Below are positions 54,694 through 64,000 of a stretch of DNA of 64,000 nt, in pieces; positions within the stretch are counted from its first letter, which is position 1, and each line of letters begins with the position of its first letter. Under the pieces are notes generated by a model that saw only the letters and a list, made by a program, of their open reading frames with translations, was not told where the DNA came from and did no database searches. Source of the stretch: an uncultured delta proteobacterium (GTDB lineage Bacteria > Desulfobacterota > Binatia > UBA9968); NCBI GenBank assembly GCA_963840855.1, contig CAWJBB010000074.1, forward strand, positions 9,214 to 73,213, written 5' to 3'. The translations under genes were made by a program, and so were the position numbers.

Positions 54694-55761
54694 TCAAAAT
54701 CCGTAAAGCCGCTTCGGATTATCACCTAAAATCTTTTGCCCCAAGGTCGGGCTGATTCTGCCGCCACGGGCGAGTGTTTGGATGGCCTCAATATCGTTGG
54801 AGTAATCGGCGTGGCCGTAGTCGGTGCCGACCATGAGATTATCTTCCCCGGCGTACTCCACGACGTAGGAGAAATCATCCGTGGTCTGGCAGGCGACGTA
54901 GACGCGGTTGTCGCGCAGCAGGCTGGCGGCAACGAGATTGCGCTCTTTTGGGCGAACCTGGGACAGCACATGGCCGGCGTACTTACGCTGAAACTCCCGT
55001 TCGGCCTGCGTCCGAATGACCAGATCGTTGACCGCATAGGGAATCCACTGGGAGGTTGTCTCGACAAAAGACCAGCGCAGCTTTGGAAACTTGTCCGGCA
55101 CACCCTGATAGATCAAGTTATTGAAGGCGCCCACCGACGGCAGCTTGAAGCGTGAAAAGACATCCAATCCAAAGTGATCGTAGTAGCCAAAATTTCCCGT
55201 GCCGGCATGAACGCAAATGGGTAGATCAAGCCTTTGAGCCTCTTCGTAGAGCGGAAAAAGGGAGCTGTCCGAAAGCAGCCGCTCGCCCTCGAACCCACGC
55301 ATGAAAACACCGCATGCGCCGTTGGCTTTGCCGAAATTGATTTCCTCGATGGCGCGGTCCATGCGCCTAAGCGGCGGCAGCACCACCCAGCGAAGCCGGC
55401 CTTCCCCCAATCTCCAGATATGAGCCAGCCAGCGGTTGTATCCTCGACAAAGCGCCAGGTCCACTTCCGCCCGGGCCGTTAACGGCCGCAAGAAGAGCGA
55501 TGGGTAGAGAACCTGAATATCGATGCCCAGTGAATCCATATGAGCGAGCCGCGCGGCAACGTCCGTCAAGTCGCGGGACTCCGCGGGAACATTGAGGCCA
55601 AGATTGGAGTTTGGAAACACCCGGTCGTCGATGCGCCAAAACTCGATGCTGTTTTTCGTCGAAACTAAAAGCTCGGGCGCAAAGCGGCGGTCTTCCTCTA
55701 ACATGAAACTCCAGGTTTGCTCCGTTTCAATCACATGCGCGTCGGCATCGATGACACTCAT
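54694..55761 (-). CDS. Amidohydrolase_2 family protein
   Basis: IDADAHVIE, IQVLYPS, PICVH, GTDYGHAD. Confidence 0.9.
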   Translation of the reverse strand: MSVIDADAHVIETEQTWSFMLEEDRRFAPELLVSTKNSIEFWRIDDRVFPNSNLGLNVPAESRDLTDVAARLAHMDSLGIDIQVLYPSLFLRPLTARAEVDLALCRGYNRWLAHIWRLGEGRLRWVVLPPLRRMDRAIEEINFGKANGACGVFMRGFEGERLLSDSSLFPLYEEAQRLDLPICVHAGTGNFGYYDHFGLDVFSRFKLPSVGAFNNLIYQGVPDKFPKLRWSFVETTSQWIPYAVNDLVIRTQAEREFQRKYAGHVLSQVRPKERNLVAASLLRDNRVYVACQTTDDFSYVVEYAGEDNLMVGTDYGHADYSNDIEAIQTLARGGRISPTLGQKILGDNPKRLYGF

Positions 55762-55801
55762 CCTGGCTTCTCCTTTTAGACCAACCGAGCCGATGGCAGT
55801 T

Positions 55802-56230
55802 TCAACTACTGATGTAGCGTACTAACTGTTCGATAATAAATTGCTGATCGGCGATGATCGATTTCACGAGATCGCCGATGGAGATCAAGCCGACTAGCTT
55901 GCCTTCTTCCATGACGGGAAGATGGCGCACGCGCTTTTCAGTGACCAGCGCCATGCATTCTTCGATGGATTGCTCCGAGTGAGTATAAACCACGGGGCTG
56001 GTCATTATTTCTTTGACCGCCGTGGTGGGAGAGGCGCGGCCGAGTAGAATTACTTTACGCGCGTAGTCGCGCTCGGAGATGATGCCGACAACTCTACCGC
56101 CGTCCATGACCACGAGCGCGCCAATTTCTTTTTGAGCCATGAGTCCCAGCGCGTCGAATACCGTGGCTCCCGGGTCGACGCACCAAACTTCATGCCCTTT
56201 CACTGCTAGGATGTCTCGAACCTTCTTCAT
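55802..56230 (-). CDS. CBS domain pair protein
   Basis: GIISERDYARKV, RVRHLPV, ISIGDLVK. Confidence 0.93.
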   Translation of the reverse strand: MKKVRDILAVKGHEVWCVDPGATVFDALGLMAQKEIGALVVMDGGRVVGIISERDYARKVILLGRASPTTAVKEIMTSPVVYTHSEQSIEECMALVTEKRVRHLPVMEEGKLVGLISIGDLVKSIIADQQFIIEQLVRYISS

Positions 56231-56313
56231 GGGAGACCTCCTTTCAGAACTAACGCGGCTCGAAGGGCCCTATACGACTGAACGCGAAGATCGTTCCTGA
56301 TCGAGGGTAGAGA

Positions 56314-57291
56314 TCATTTTAGCAACTGGCGCGCCGCCGCAACGATGCGCTCGGCCGTGGGAGTCACATAGTCCTCTAGCGACACGGCAAAGGGCACGGG
56401 CACATGTGGGATCGTCACGCGCTTGATCGGCGCGCGCAGGCTCGCGAACCCTTCGTCTGCCATAATGGCGGCGAGCCCCGAAGCGACGCTGCAGTTGTCA
56501 TGGCTTTCATCCGTGACCACTAGCCGGCCGGTCTTTTTGACGGAGGCGAGCAAAGTCGCTTTATCGAGCGGTTCCAATGTCCGAGGGTCCACGACTTCGG
56601 CCGAGATTGCTTCTTTCGCCAGCGCTTCAGCGGCGGCCAGCGCTCGCGGCACTTGCACGCCGGTGGCGATTATAGTCAAGTCGCGGCCTTCGCGTCTTAC
56701 GGCCGCTTGACCGAAAGGAATGTCGTACTCGCCGTCCGGCACCGCGCCGCGCTCGTCCATGAGCCGCTCATGGGCGAAAAAGATCGTTGGGTCCTGGCTT
56801 TTCAAGAGCGCCGTGCGCAGCAGTCCTTTGGCATCCGCCGGACTGGCGGGCATCGCCACCTGCAAGCCCGGCGTGTTCCAATACCAGGGCTGCGGGCTTC
56901 CCGAGTGTTGCACACCACCGCCGCCGCGAATGCCGTAGCGCATGAAATAGGTCACGGGCACGTTGGTTTGCCCGCCGGAGTTCGAGTAGGCGATGGCCGC
57001 CTCGTTGATGATCTGCGGAATCGCTTCGTAGGAGAAAGTCGCGGTGCCGATATCGACCAGGGGTCTCAAACCGGCCATCGCCGCTCCCGCCGCTATGCCG
57101 CAAAAACCAAGCTCGGCAATGGGCGGGGATTTGATGCGGTTCGAAAATTTCTGCCGCAGGCGGGCGAATTCCGCTTGCCCCGGTCCGCTACCGACCAGGC
57201 CGCCGCCGATCAATACCACGCGCCGGTCTTGCGCGAAGATTTCGCCCAGCGCGCTGACGAGGGCCTCACCAATGGTCATTTCCCGCGGCAT
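56314..57291 (-). CDS. ThDP-dependent dehydrogenase E1 beta subunit (AcoB/PdhB-like)
   Basis: PPIAELGF.G.A.GAA..GLRP, QHS, VVDPRTLEPLD, SVKKTGR. Confidence 0.9.
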   Translation of the reverse strand: MPREMTIGEALVSALGEIFAQDRRVVLIGGGLVGSGPGQAEFARLRQKFSNRIKSPPIAELGFCGIAAGAAMAGLRPLVDIGTATFSYEAIPQIINEAAIAYSNSGGQTNVPVTYFMRYGIRGGGGVQHSGSPQPWYWNTPGLQVAMPASPADAKGLLRTALLKSQDPTIFFAHERLMDERGAVPDGEYDIPFGQAAVRREGRDLTIIATGVQVPRALAAAEALAKEAISAEVVDPRTLEPLDKATLLASVKKTGRLVVTDESHDNCSVASGLAAIMADEGFASLRAPIKRVTIPHVPVPFAVSLEDYVTPTAERIVAAARQLLK

Positions 57292-57294
57292 GGC

Positions 57295-58318
57295 TCAATT
57301 ACCCCTTCCCGCATAGGCGAAGTTGAGCGCGGCTTTCGGGTCGGGCAGCGGGACTTTCCACGGCAAACCGCGCTGCTTCGTCCGCATCCTTGCGAACCTC
57401 CGCGTCGAGCCGTTCAATTTCATCCCGGCTAAACCCTCCGCTGTTGACCAGCTCACGCGCATAGATGAGCACGGGGTCACCTTCCGCGTACCAGGAGCGC
57501 ACGCCGTCAGGCACCGCGCTGGCATCCCACGCCCATCCAATATTGGTCGTGCCCGCAACGAGCTTTGGGTGGGCGCCATCGTTGCCCGGCCATGGGTGGG
57601 TGCGGACCTCGACGAAAAACGGCCCCTCGCCGGCGCGGGTCCGCCGTACCAGCTCCGCTGTTGTCTTATGAACAAGACCGATATCGGCGCCGTCAACGAC
57701 CGTAGTTTCGACGTCGAGGGCGCGGGGAACGTTGGCGAGCTCTTTGGCGCTATGGCTTGAGCCGCTGCGGCCGGCGCGCCGGTAGTTGTTCTCCATCATG
57801 AAGATCAGCGGCAGCTGCCAAAGCTTCGCGATGTTCAATGACTCGTAGAACACTCCTTCTTCCATGGCGCCGTCGCCAAAGAAGACCAACGACACCGCCT
57901 TGGTTTCCTGTACCTGTGAAGCCAATGCCGTCCCGGCGGCAAGCGCGAGACAGCCCCCGACGATGGCCGAGGTGTGAACGATTTTGAGATCAGGCGCAGC
58001 CACGTGAAAGGTCCCGGCGCGCCCGCGGCAGTAGCCGGTTTCGCGTCCGATGATCTCGGCCAAGACCTTCTTCGGGTCGCCGCCTTTGGCGATCACATGG
58101 CCGTGATTTCGATGGGTGGTGAAAACATAGTCTTCCGGCGCCAAGGCCGCGCAGACCGCGACGCCGGTGCCCTCCTGCCCGATATAAACGTGGAAATGGC
58201 CGCGAATGAGCCCTTCATAGTCGTCATTGAACCGAATGACATGCTCTTCGGCGCGCCTGATCATCAGCATTTTGCGCAAGATGCCAAGCTGATCGTCTCG
58301 AGCCAGATCGGGTAGCAT
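57295..58318 (-). CDS. ThDP-dependent dehydrogenase E1 alpha subunit (AcoA/PdhA-like; apparent frameshift near 57350)
   Basis: HVYIGQEG, THRNHGH, GDGA..ENN ThDP motif; C-terminus PLPDP in the adjacent frame. Confidence 0.88.
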
Positions 58319-58410
58319 TGTTTTCCTCCAAACGTTTCTGTTATGTGGCCTTAAAAAAGGGCACGCTCGCCGGCTAGCGACGAGTCATGCCCTGTGTTTT
58401 TCAACGGCTG

Positions 58411-59248
58411 CTAGAAAAACGCCAAGGTGCGCATCTCGATGCTTTCGCGCGGCGGAGCGCCCGGCGGGCTGGTGGGATCGTCGAAAGCGCAGTGCGCGGT
58501 CCAGCGCGCGCGACCGTCTTTTTCCGAATCGAAGGTTTTGAACACCATCGCTTCGTGGCGCTGCATGTTGGGAAAGTAGTACCAGACATGATCGGGGTTG
58601 AAGGTCATGTGATAGGTTTCGCCGACCCGATTCGGGTAAATCCGCGCGCTGGGAACCAGTTCCGCCGTGCCGATGCTGCGCGCGTCGGCGATCGCCAGCG
58701 GCTCTCGTTGTACCGGATGTCGAATCGGCCGCCAGGTCTGGACGACGGCAAAGCGGCCCTTGAGCAGTTCTTCCGCTTCGTCGGGAAGCAGATCGCGCAC
58801 GCGCTGCGGCCCCGACCACTCGGTGTAGTCGTTATGGGCGTTGCGCACCGGGCCGCTGATCTGTTTTTCGTCCCGAGTCGCCTGGTCGGCGGAGCGCAAC
58901 GTATGGTCGAAGACGACCACGCGCTTGGCACCGGCAGAGCGTTTCACCAGCTCTTCGGTCTCTTTATAGTAAACCGAGCGGACCTCGGTCTTCGTCGTAG
59001 AAGTTTTTCATCTTGGTCTCATGATTGACGAAGATGAATCCTTCGCGCTCCAGGGAGAATTGATCGGCGATGGCGCGGCCGTTATGGATCGTCATTTTGT
59101 GTTCTTGGTAATTGCCCTTGCGTTTCTGGTCCGCCGCCGACTGTCTCAGGCCTCCGTAGGTGGCAGGTTTTTCGCCGCTATCGACGAGGTAGTTGAGCAG
59201 CGCTTCGATGGATTCTAACGGTTGTCCAATTCTTTCCGGTCGTGCCAT
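58411..59248 (-). CDS. CmcJ/NvfI (AsaB-like) oxidoreductase family (apparent frameshift near 58985)
   Basis: FSLEREGF; VVFDHTLR, AHNDYT, WRPI..PLAIADARS, HCAF, RESIEMR. Confidence 0.85.
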
Positions 59249-59299
59249 TCGTCTTATCCCTCTGAGTTTGGGTGAACGGCAATTTGTTCAGTATCCTAT

Positions 59300-59941
59300 T
59301 TAACCCCTCGGCAGCATCTCGCATACGGTTTGCCGCGGGCCCAGGCTTTCATAATAACGGTTTTCTTCCGGAACGTAGCGGCCCTGATTGAAGTCGCCGC
59401 CTCTTTGGCTGCGAATGATCACCGCGACGGTGCGCTCGCCGACGGTGAGCTCCGTGTGAATCTCATAGGGCTTCACGAGATCGATTTCCCCAGGGCCGAC
59501 GAGCACGTCGCATGACTCGCGAATTTCGGCGTAATCGGGCCGGGAACGGTCGTCGAGGCGGTCATAACGCACGACCCGTTCATGGCCGTCGAGCACGCCA
59601 TAAAGTGTGTAGATATGCGCATGATCGTGGATGCGCGCGCGCTGGCCCTGGCGCGCCTCGCCTTTGGTCAATCCGTTGATGGCGAAGCCATAGTCGGGAT
59701 CTTCGTAGAACAGCAAGTTTTCCGCCCGCCCGTTGGCGGGCACGCAGTCCGGCCAGTGTTTCGCCGCGGTAATTACTTCGGGGTCGGCCAAAAGCTCGGC
59801 GAGAACCGGGCGCAGGGAATTCCAGCGCTTGTCGAGGTCCGGTTCTTGAGCGAAGAGCGCCCGGGTTTTGCGCACGAAGCGCTCCATGGCGTTTTCACTT
59901 TGTGTTTCTCTCTGGGATTGAGTCGCTGTCTGAGGTTCCAT
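59300..59941 (-). CDS. Cysteine-dioxygenase-like 3-His cupin
   Basis: LLFYEDPDYGF, IHDH..YTLYGVLDG.E, EIHTE; GGAGG RBS. Confidence 0.78.
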   Translation of the reverse strand: MEPQTATQSQRETQSENAMERFVRKTRALFAQEPDLDKRWNSLRPVLAELLADPEVITAAKHWPDCVPANGRAENLLFYEDPDYGFAINGLTKGEARQGQRARIHDHAHIYTLYGVLDGHERVVRYDRLDDRSRPDYAEIRESCDVLVGPGEIDLVKPYEIHTELTVGERTVAVIIRSQRGGDFNQGRYVPEENRYYESLGPRQTVCEMLPRG

Positions 59942-59958
59942 TTTATTCCTCCGTATTA

Positions 59959-61128
59959 CTAGGGTTGGACAGTTTGACTGTGCTCTCCGGCTGGCATGAA
60001 TTCGGCCGCTTCGGCCCGCGCGTAGAAGCGCGCGCAGTTATCCCAAAGAATCTTCCGCTTGTCGTCGTCGGACAACTTGAGCTCGAGAAAGCTTTCGACG
60101 GCGTGGGGATATTTGGAATCGCCGTGGGGATAATCGGTGGAGAAGACGAGCTGGTCGCAACCGACTTCTTCGATGGTATAGCGCGCCGGTGCTTCATCCG
60201 GTTCGACGGAAATCCAGCACTGCCGCTTGAAATAGTCGCTGGGTTTCATGGCCAGCTCCGGCATGAAGATATCGCCTTCGCGCTCGTATCCTTCGTCAAG
60301 GCGCCACAATAGCCAGGGCAGCCACGAGCAGTTGGCTTCGAGAAAGGCTACTTTCATCTTCGGGTGACGTTCGAGAATGCCGCCGCCCAAGAAAGCGCCC
60401 ATGCCCATCATCTGTTCGAAGGGTTGAGCGTAAACGCGCCTGAGACCGAAGTTGGGCTCAAAGTGTTCCGCTGCCTGGCGCGATCGGGAGGCGGAGGCTT
60501 CGTGAAAACCCAGAGGGAGGTTTAAATCTTCGAGGGTGTTCCATAGCGGTTCGTAGTAAGGATCGTACCAGTTCTTGCCGTTAACCAAATTCGCGCGCAG
60601 AAAGACGGAGCGAAATCCGTAATCTTCCACGACCCGGCGGGTTTCTTCGACGGCGTCGTTAATATCGTAAATCGATATCATGCCCGCGCCGAGGAGCCGG
60701 CGCGGATTGGCGGAACAGAAATCATGCAGCCAGTCGTTGTAGGCGCGCGCCAGAGCCGCAGCGAAGCGCGGATCGTGATCGGGATAGGTCAGCACGCCCA
60801 AGCCGCGGGTTGGAAACAGCACGGCGACATCGATACCTTCGACATCCATCGCTTCGAGCTGAACCTCGCCGGTCCAACCGCGCTCCGAGTGATCGCGATA
60901 GATGCCCTGGTTCTTTTCGTAGTTGTGACCCTTGTGGGGGGTGCCCCGGGTGCGTAGAGTGGCCTGGGGCGCGTTCGGAAAGATCAGGCCGAGGTCGCGG
61001 ACGTTCTCGGATGTTCTGCCGCGCGGCGCGTTGGGGCGGAACTCCGGCGCGATGTAACGCTCCCAGAGATCGGGCGGCTCCATGATATGCATATCGCTGT
61101 CGAATACCTTGAAGCCATTTTTCGCCAT
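59959..61128 (-). CDS. Amidohydrolase_2 family protein
   Basis: DSDMHIMEP, AVLFPT, PLGFH, FLEANCSW, STDYPHGD. Confidence 0.92.
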   Translation of the reverse strand: MAKNGFKVFDSDMHIMEPPDLWERYIAPEFRPNAPRGRTSENVRDLGLIFPNAPQATLRTRGTPHKGHNYEKNQGIYRDHSERGWTGEVQLEAMDVEGIDVAVLFPTRGLGVLTYPDHDPRFAAALARAYNDWLHDFCSANPRRLLGAGMISIYDINDAVEETRRVVEDYGFRSVFLRANLVNGKNWYDPYYEPLWNTLEDLNLPLGFHEASASRSRQAAEHFEPNFGLRRVYAQPFEQMMGMGAFLGGGILERHPKMKVAFLEANCSWLPWLLWRLDEGYEREGDIFMPELAMKPSDYFKRQCWISVEPDEAPARYTIEEVGCDQLVFSTDYPHGDSKYPHAVESFLELKLSDDDKRKILWDNCARFYARAEAAEFMPAGEHSQTVQP

Positions 61129-61188
61129 GAGCTATTCCTTTCGATGGGTTTAAGAGCGCCGAGAAAACCGAATTATCCGCACAATCTC

Positions 61189-61266
61189 AGCCTAATGCTG
61201 GTAGTTGCCGCTTGTCAAGTTGCAACTACGGCATGATTGACAAGCTCGTTTCAGCGGCACTAGAGT
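61189..61266. promoter_or_regulatory. Back-to-back sigma70-like promoters with overlapping palindrome
   Basis: Plus: TTGACA(61237)-N18-TAGAGT. Minus: TTGACA(61218)-N18-TAGGCT. GTAGTTGC-N13-GCAACTAC at 61201-61229. Confidence 0.65.
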
Positions 61267-61303
61267 GGCGGCGAGGGGAATAATTTTTCAGAGCTTAAAC
61301 GCC

Positions 61304-62579
61304 ATGCAATTGAACCTCGCCATCCATCCCATCACTGAAATTCGCTTCGCCGAGCACGCGCCGGCTCGCCGGCGCTGTGCTCACCGTGAACCGGGAAGAA
61401 TTACTCCGGTTGGTGCTCGAGGATGCATCCTTCGAGAACGTCGATTTCGCCATCGCCCGCCCCGGCGAAAGTCTGCGCGCCGGGCCGGTCTTTGATATCG
61501 TGGAGCCGCGCGCAAAGGCGCCGGGATCGAGTCCTGATTGGCCCGGTATCTTGAACGCGCCGCAGACCGCCGGCGCCGGCACGACGCATGTTCTCGAAGG
61601 CGCGGCGGTAACGATGCTGCGGGAAGAGTCGCCCGGCGAATCGCGCGGCGCCACTGGTTATGTATTGGAAATGAGCGGGGAGCCGGCGACCCGCTCGCCC
61701 TATAGCTCCTTGCATCATTTGATTGTCATTCCCCGCGCGAAGGCCGGACTGCCCGGTCACGCCCGGCAAAAAGCCTATCGTTTGGCGCAACTAAAGATTG
61801 CCGTGCATTTGGCGCGGGCCGGCTTGAATCAAGCGCCGGCGCAAACGCAAGAACTCGCGATCTCAGCATCCGAAGACGGCGCCGTGCTGCCGCGAGTCGC
61901 CTATATCGGCCAGGTTTTTTCGCGCCAGCGCAAGCCGGAGCAGGGCGAACAGATTCTCTACGGGGCCAACACCGACGGCATGCTGCCGGTGGCGCTCCAT
62001 CCCAACGAATGGCTGGACGGCGCGCTGGTGACTTCCTATCACTGTTCCATCGGCGGCGCGGAAACGTATTTTTACCAGAACCATCCTGTCATAACTGAAC
62101 TTTACCGGCGCCACCAGGCGCGCGAATTGAACTTCGCCGGCACCGTGGCGACCATCGCATCGGCTGATAACTTCGATCGCGAGCGCAACTGCCGCTTTGC
62201 CGCGAATTTGGTCAAGTGGGCACTCAACGCCGACGCCGCGGTACTGACCAAGTTCGGCGGCGGCGTGCCGCACACCGATCTTTCTGAAACGGCCCGGCTG
62301 TTGGAGCGGATGGGAATCAAAACCGTCGTGCAAGTCACCGACCTCGCCCGCGACCGGCGCGTGGAATCGGCGTTGCTCTTCAATTTTCCCGAGGTCGACG
62401 CCATTGTCTGCATCGGCGGCAATGGCACGAAATGGCAGCTGCCGCGCGTCGAGCGAGTGATCGCGGCCAACGGCGGCATGGCGGAATTGCTCGCCGGTCC
62501 GTTTGAAATCGATGCGCTCAATGTCTCCGGTGTGGCCAATCAGCAAGGCGCCTCGAAACTAAGATCGATGATTTACTGA
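61304..62579 (+). CDS. Glycine/sarcosine/betaine reductase component B proprotein, GrdE-like (apparent frameshift near 61360)
   Basis: MQLNLAIHPITEIRF then IARPGES..FDIVEPRAK, G.THVLEG, LHPNEWLDGA, YQNHPVI, GGGVPHTD. Confidence 0.8.
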
Positions 62580-62588
62580 AATAGCCGA

Positions 62589-62662
62589 GAGGCGGAAGGC
62601 GCGAGGCGAGAGCCGGAAATTTTTCCGCATCTCTCGCGCCTGTTGCCTCAAGCCTCACGCCC
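62589..62662. repeat. 7-mer (AGGCGNG) array with inverted (GCCTCA) array
   Basis: gaggcggaaggcgcgaggcgagag ... ctctcgcgcctgttgcctcaagcctcacgcc. Confidence 0.65.
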
Positions 62663-62674
62663 AAGGAGTTTAAG

Positions 62675-63961
62675 ATGAGAATCGTTCATTACTTGAATCA
62701 ATTTTTCGGCGGGCTGGGCGGAGAAGAACGGGCGGGCGTGGGATTGGAAGCCCGCGACGGTGCCGTCGGACCCGGCAAACTCTTGGAGCAGCTTCTTGGC
62801 GGCGAAGCGAAGGTCGTGCTGACTCTCGTCTGCGGCGATAACTATGCCGTTGAAAATCAGCAGGCGATGCTCGCCGCTGCCGTCGAGAGAATCCGGGATG
62901 CCAAGCCGGATCTGTTTGTCGCCGGTCCCTGTTTCCAAGCGGGCCGCTACGGCATGGCCGCCGGCGCGCTCTCTGTCGCCGTGCAATCCCAACTGAATAT
63001 TCCCGTTGTCACCGGCATGGCCGAAGAAAATCCCGGCGCGGATCTCTATCGCGAGTTTTTGTATATCGTCGATTCCGGCGACAACGCCGCCAAGATGCGC
63101 GACATTCTGGCGACGATGGCGCGGCTGGCGGTGAAGTTGGTGAACCAGGACTCCATCGGATTGCCCCGCGAAGAGGGCTATCTACCGCGCGGGCTGATCC
63201 GCGACCGGTTCGTTGAGCGGACCGCCAGCGAACGGCTTGTAGACATGCTTTTAGCGAAGGTAAAAGGCGAGCCCTTCGAGTCCGAAATGGTACCGACGAC
63301 CTTCGCGCCTATACCGATGCCGCCTTCGATCAAAGATCTCAGCAGGGCCAAGGTGATGCTGATCACCGACGGCGGGCTGGTGCCGAAGGGCAATCCCGAC
63401 AAGATCCAAGGCTCGGCGGCCACCCGTTGGGGCTCCTACAGCATCGGTGGTTGCGACGATCTCAAGGGAGAAAATTACGAGATCTCGCATGGCGGTTATG
63501 ACGCGCAGTTCGTGCGCCAGGACCCCGACCGCCTTGTGCCTCTCGATGTCATGCGCGAGTTGGAGAGAGAAGGGGTCATCGGCAAACTCCACGATTCGTT
63601 CATCTCGACTTCGGGATTGGCCAACCCGCTTTCCAACACGCGGCGCATGGGACGAGAAATGGCCGAGCGGGCGAAAGCGCTCGGCATCGACGCAATTATT
63701 TTAACTTCCACTTGAGGCACCAGCACTCGCAGCGGCGCTGCGATTACCACCGAGTTGGAAAAAGCCGGCATCCCGACGGTACAGATCACCGCGGCGCTGC
63801 CGGTGGCGAAAATGGTCGGCGCAAACCGCACCGTGCTCGGCAACGGCATCGTCCACGTCGTCGGCGACGCCAGCATTTCGCCGGAGCAGGAAAAACAACT
63901 GCGGCGCAGGTTGATCGAGAAGGCTTTAGAGCAATTGCGCTCCGACGACAAGCAGGCGTAG
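62675..63961 (+). CDS. grdB: Glycine/betaine/sarcosine reductase selenoprotein B-like (428 aa, Sec at TGA 63713-63715)
   Basis: HYLNQFFGG, CGDNY, AGPCFQAGRYG, GGLVPKGNPD, HGGYD, LTST-TGA-GTSTRSG..EKAGIP; the frame continues through the TGA to TAG at 63961. Confidence 0.9.
63716..63743 (+). promoter_or_regulatory. Bacterial SECIS-like hairpin
   Basis: 11 nt after the UGA: stem TCGCAGC / loop GGC / GCTGCGA (63727-63743). Confidence 0.7.
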
Positions 63962-64000
63962 GGCGTTCCGTCTACGTCCACTTTAACAGGCCTCGAATTG

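Overview
GC-rich bacterial chromosomal window. The gene content (many NMT1-type solute-binding proteins, amidohydrolases, an LLM oxidoreductase) resembles Candidatus Binatia or other deltaproteobacteria-like lineages, which is inference only. The first ~37 kb is mostly housekeeping: rplU-rpmA-obgE-proB-proA-nadD-rsfS-gpmI-comF, sahR-metH, purMN, mgtE, a DegP-like protease, tatA, an AsmA-like gene and typA. The rest is accessory catabolic genes. The most striking feature is at the right end. A GrdE-like gene is followed by a GrdB-like selenoprotein (in-frame TGA at 63713 plus a SECIS-like hairpin) whose canonical UxxCxxC motif is UxxSxxS. This pair is transcribed back-to-back, from mirror-image promoters overlapping a palindrome, with an operon encoding an amidohydrolase, a 3-His cupin dioxygenase, a CmcJ-like protein and a divergent ThDP E1 alpha/beta pair with no E2/E3 in the window. 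Intergenic spaces hold a nested, modular set of small repeats: 6-9-mer tandem/inverted arrays, GTAG REPs, and MITE-like elements whose TIRs supply stop codons. There are also several decayed gene remnants and an unannotated 21-aa basic ORF. About 10 single-base frameshifts in otherwise intact genes most likely reflect sequencing indels. No rRNA, tRNA, CRISPR array, transposase or integrase was recognised.
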